Source: Gemmatimonadota bacterium | GTDB lineage: Bacteria > Gemmatimonadota > Gemmatimonadetes > JACCXV01 | Direction: 5' to 3' | Length of the DNA stretch: 36,597 nucleotides | Assembly (NCBI GenBank): GCA_046262075.1 | Contig: JBHENL010000104.1 | Span: forward strand, 1 to 36,597 | Shown: positions 36,090 through 36,597 of the stretch, piece by piece | Layout: each line of letters begins with the position of its first letter | Position numbering within the stretch: the first letter of the stretch is position 1 | Translations under genes and position numbers: made by a program | The notes under the pieces: generated by a model | Databases searched by the model: none | What the model saw: only the letters and a program-made list of their open reading frames with translations | What the model was told of the DNA's origin: nothing

Positions 36090-36597
36090 TCACTGGCGGC
36101 TGCCCACCACGACCCAGCGGCCGTCGCGCGAGCGCAACTCCAGCATCTGCTCGAACGCCCGCCGCTCGCGCTCGCCGGAACTGGCGTCGTAGAACCCGTA
36201 CGTCGTCTGCACACGCGCGACGAGCGCCTCCCCCGCCCGGCTCACGGACTGCAGCTCGTAGCGCACCTCGGTCTCCCGCACCTGCTCGAACCAGTGCTCG
36301 AAGCCGCTCGCCTCGTCGCCGCCGAGGCTCACCCAGGTGCGGCGCAGGGCGGTCAGGTCCTCGGCCTCGATCGCGCCGCGGAGCTCTCCGAGGGCGGCCA
36401 CGGCGACCTCCCGCACATCGACTTCCGGCTCCACCGCCACGGGCGGAGGCGGTGCCGGCGGCGGATGCGCCCGCACCCGCGCCGGAGGACGCGCGGCTGC
36501 GTGCCGCCTACGCCTCGGCTCGGGCGGCCGCGGACGAGGCTCGCCAGATCGCCATAGTCGCCGGCGCCGGGGGGTCTCGGGCGACCGTGCTGCGGCG
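36090..36597 (-). CDS. C-terminal part of a protein with a Pro-rich linker and NTF2/SnoaL-like terminal domain (5' end outside the window or uncertain)
   Basis: PPPAPPPP linker; AIEAEDLTALRRTW...LELRSRDGRWVVV. The frame stays open to the window edge. Confidence 0.55.
   Translation of the reverse strand, partial: AAARSPETPRRRRLWRSGEPRPRPPEPRRRRHAAARPPARVRAHPPPAPPPPVAVEPEVDVREVAVAALGELRGAIEAEDLTALRRTWVSLGGDEASGFEHWFEQVRETEVRYELQSVSRAGEALVARVQTTYGFYDASSGERERRAFEQMLELRSRDGRWVVVGSRQ

Noticed and set aside
1-36597. CRISPR arrays, IS/transposases, integrases, prophage genes, rRNA
   Set aside because: No regularly spaced repeats or recognisable motifs were found by eye; short degenerate remnants could have been missed.

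Overview
Very GC-rich, gene-dense chromosomal segment from a diderm bacterium. The lipoprotein, beta-barrel and cold-shock gene styles suggest Gemmatimonadota or a related lineage; this is inference only. Left to right: thrS (runs off the left edge), an alkyltransferase-like protein, a sigma54-driven secreted repeat protein broken by a 1-nt frameshift, and a compact serine-cycle cluster (sgaA-mcl-mtkA-mtkB-hpr-ppc). Next come accessory lipoprotein, cupin, GT-C and IPT genes ending at the 3' end of tRNA-Ala(CGC), and a probable ~90-nt orphan sRNA with a near-consensus sigma70 promoter and terminator. The rest is nfo-DUF1402-hpnC-hpnD, two MacB-type permeases, trxB-tdh-kbl, a POTRA-less Omp85, a PPTase, a CGNR/ABATE regulator with twin TAACC-N18-GGTT operators, a cold-shock gene and a truncated beta-barrel pseudogene. 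The top observation is a small DUF1272-family Cys-rich gene (13916-14098, minus). It has an in-frame TGA exactly at the conserved Cys of CPNCGG, followed by a hairpin that fits the bacterial SECIS model, making it a candidate new selenoprotein (CxxU). Other apparent indels in the window mean a base-call error or nonsense mutation must be excluded. All family calls are from motif recognition; no searches were run.
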